In this document: positions 47,441 through 49,180 of the stretch, in pieces
How the letters are laid out: every line of letters begins with the position of its first letter
Numbering within the stretch: position 1 is the stretch's first letter
Source of the DNA: Armatimonadota bacterium
GTDB taxonomy: Bacteria; Sysuimicrobiota; Sysuimicrobiia; Sysuimicrobiales; Humicultoraceae
Reading direction: 5' to 3'
Length of the DNA stretch: 49,180 nucleotides
Assembly (NCBI GenBank): GCA_052386995.1
Contig: JBQTJP010000053.1
Span: 1-49,180, forward strand
Made by a program: the position numbers and the translations under genes
The notes under the pieces: model-generated
What the model was told of the DNA's origin: nothing
Databases searched by the model: none
What the model saw: only the letters and a program-made list of their open reading frames with translations

Positions 47441-48436
47441 ATGACGCGCATTTTCCGTGAGGCCGACGCGACTCTCAAGCCGCTCCAGGGCAGAACCATC
47501 GCCATCCTGGGCTACGGGAATCAGGGCCGCGCCCAGGCATTGAACCTACGCGATAGCGGCTTGCGCGTCATCGTCGGCAACGCCGAGGACGACTACGCCG
47601 CGCAGGCCAGGAGGGATGGGTTCGAGCCTTCTTCCATCGCCCAGGCGGCGGCACGCGGCGACGTCGTCATGTCCCTGCTGCCCGACGAGGTGACCCCGGG
47701 GATCTACAATGCCGACATCCGCCCCGGTCTGGCCGCAGGCAACACGCTGGTGTTCGCCTCGGGCTATTGCGTCTGCTTCAAGCAGATCACGTTTCCATCA
47801 CATATCAATGTCATCATGATGGCGCCGCGCACTGTGGGCGTGGCGGTGCGGGAACATTACCTCAGGGGGCAGGGTTTTCTCAGTTTCGTCGACGTGCACC
47901 AGGACGCCGACGGCCAAGCCTGGGCGGTCACGCTTGCGCTGGCCCGAGCGGTCGGGTCGCTGAAGTCGTTCGCCCTCCAAGTGAGTTTCAAGGATGAGAC
48001 CGAACTCGACCTCTTCACGGAGCAGGCGCTGGTGCCCGCCCTCTCCGCCGCGCTCACCACGGCCGTCGAGGTGGCCGTGGAGGCCGGGTATCCAAAAGTG
48101 GCCGCCGTCCTTGAGCTCTATCTCTCGGGTGAGATAGGCGACGTGCTCCATGAGGCGGCCAGGCATGGCTGGGTAGGCCAGACGGGCCTGCATTCGCCGA
48201 CCAGCCGCTACGGCACCAAGAGCCGCCTGCCTCGCTTCTCCTCGCCCGAGATGAGAAAGACGATGCAGGAGGTTCTCACGTACATCCAGTCCCCCCGCTT
48301 CGCCGACGAGTGGGGCGCCGAACAGGCCTCCGGCTACAAGCGGTTTGCCGCGATGGAGCAGGCGTTCAAGGACACGCCTTTCGCGCGGGCTGAGCGCGAG
48401 GTCATGAAGGAACTCGACATGCCGGTACACGAGTAG
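47441..48436 (+). CDS. ilvC: Ketol-acid reductoisomerase family protein (class I, atypical clade)
   Basis: GYGNQGRAQALNLRDSG, LLPDE, FASGY, DLFTEQ; deviates from canonical IlvC and has no ilvBN neighbours. Confidence 0.8.
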   Translation: MTRIFREADATLKPLQGRTIAILGYGNQGRAQALNLRDSGLRVIVGNAEDDYAAQARRDGFEPSSIAQAAARGDVVMSLLPDEVTPGIYNADIRPGLAAGNTLVFASGYCVCFKQITFPSHINVIMMAPRTVGVAVREHYLRGQGFLSFVDVHQDADGQAWAVTLALARAVGSLKSFALQVSFKDETELDLFTEQALVPALSAALTTAVEVAVEAGYPKVAAVLELYLSGEIGDVLHEAARHGWVGQTGLHSPTSRYGTKSRLPRFSSPEMRKTMQEVLTYIQSPRFADEWGAEQASGYKRFAAMEQAFKDTPFARAEREVMKELDMPVHE

Positions 48437-48439
48437 GCG

Positions 48440-49180
48440 ATGGAGCTGATCGGACGGACCGCGCTCGTCACAGGTGGGACGAGCGACATCGGGGTGGCGA
48501 TCGTTCGCGCCCTTGCACGGCGCGGCGCGGACATCGTCCTACACTACCACCGCAACGCCGCGGCCGCTCAGGCGGTCGTCAATGAAGTTATCGAGATGGG
48601 ACGGCGGAGCCGTGCCATCCCAGCCGATCTGACCCTGGCCGATGACGCTCGGAGGGTCGCGGCGGAGGCGAGCACGCTCGCGCCGATCGACATCCTTGTC
48701 AACAACGCCGGGACCCCGATCCGCCGCGTGCACTGGACGAAGCTGGACGCGCCATTTCTCGACCTGGTCTTCAACCTGAACTTCCGCGCGCCCCTCTATC
48801 TCTGCCAGCACGTCACCCCCGCAATGGTCAGCCGAGGGAAAGGCGTCGTCATTAACATCCTGTCCACCGCGGCCACCCTCGGCGGTACAGACACCGTCTA
48901 TGCCTATTCGTCGGCTAAAGGGGCCCTCTCGACGCTCACGCGTGCGCTCGCGCACGCCCTGGCGCCTCAGGGTGTGCGCGTGCTGGCGATCTCACCAGGC
49001 ACCATCGACACAGGATTCCAGCGAGGGCCGCTGACGAGTCCGGAGCACCTCGAACGGCTGAGGCAGGGCATCCCACTTGGGCGGATCGGACGGCCCGAGG
49101 AGATCGGTGAAGTGGTGGCATTCATGGCCACGGATGCGGCGAGCTTCATCATCGGTGAGACGATCCACGTCAATGGCGGA
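48440..49180 (+). CDS. Short-chain dehydrogenase/reductase; 3' end just beyond the window
   Basis: Not in the ORF track. Manual translation: MELIGRTALVTGGTSDIG...ILVNNAG...YSSAK...SPGTIDT...IPLGRIGRPEE...GETIHVNGG. Confidence 0.93.
   Translation, partial: MELIGRTALVTGGTSDIGVAIVRALARRGADIVLHYHRNAAAAQAVVNEVIEMGRRSRAIPADLTLADDARRVAAEASTLAPIDILVNNAGTPIRRVHWTKLDAPFLDLVFNLNFRAPLYLCQHVTPAMVSRGKGVVINILSTAATLGGTDTVYAYSSAKGALSTLTRALAHALAPQGVRVLAISPGTIDTGFQRGPLTSPEHLERLRQGIPLGRIGRPEEIGEVVAFMATDAASFIIGETIHVNGG

Overview
High-GC (about 65-70%) bacterial chromosomal window with no rRNA, tRNA, CRISPR array or transposase. It is densely packed with metabolic genes. From left to right: (1) the 5' part of a form I aerobic CO dehydrogenase cluster (coxG, two tandem coxM-like genes, coxS, coxL with the AYRCSFR motif); (2) an aldehyde dehydrogenase, a SAM methyltransferase and an NMT1/THI5-type ABC importer; (3) a frameshifted NHL-repeat lipoprotein; (4) a second, non-CODH xanthine-dehydrogenase-family Mo hydroxylase (L-M-S) with DUF2877 and MFS genes; (5) DoxX-like, Hsp20, Ni/Co transporter, APH-type kinase and DUF4126 genes; (6) a decayed peptide-type ABC operon whose binding-protein gene is split by a transposase-less insert of about 1.5 kb (DUF899 gene, VapC remnant, unexplained segment of about 51% GC); (7) Gfo/Idh/MocA and acyl-CoA dehydrogenase genes; (8) a redoxin selenoprotein with an in-frame UGA and an fdhF-like SECIS, split by the ORF track, lying downstream of a zinc-ribbon gene, a well-spaced FNR/NnrR-type promoter and an NnrR-like regulator; (9) a cyclase, CoA-transferase and fused AccD-AccA operon divergent from cytosine deaminase and a second THI5-type ABC importer; (10) a catabolic cluster (class III aminotransferase, ceramidase-like hydrolase, D-2-hydroxyacid dehydrogenase, Dpp-type transporter, atypical KARI, SDR). 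Best candidates for new biology are the NnrR-like regulator / zinc ribbon / seleno-redoxin unit, a possible non-canonical oxidative pyrimidine pathway, and the insert. All product calls come from motif recognition; no database search was run.
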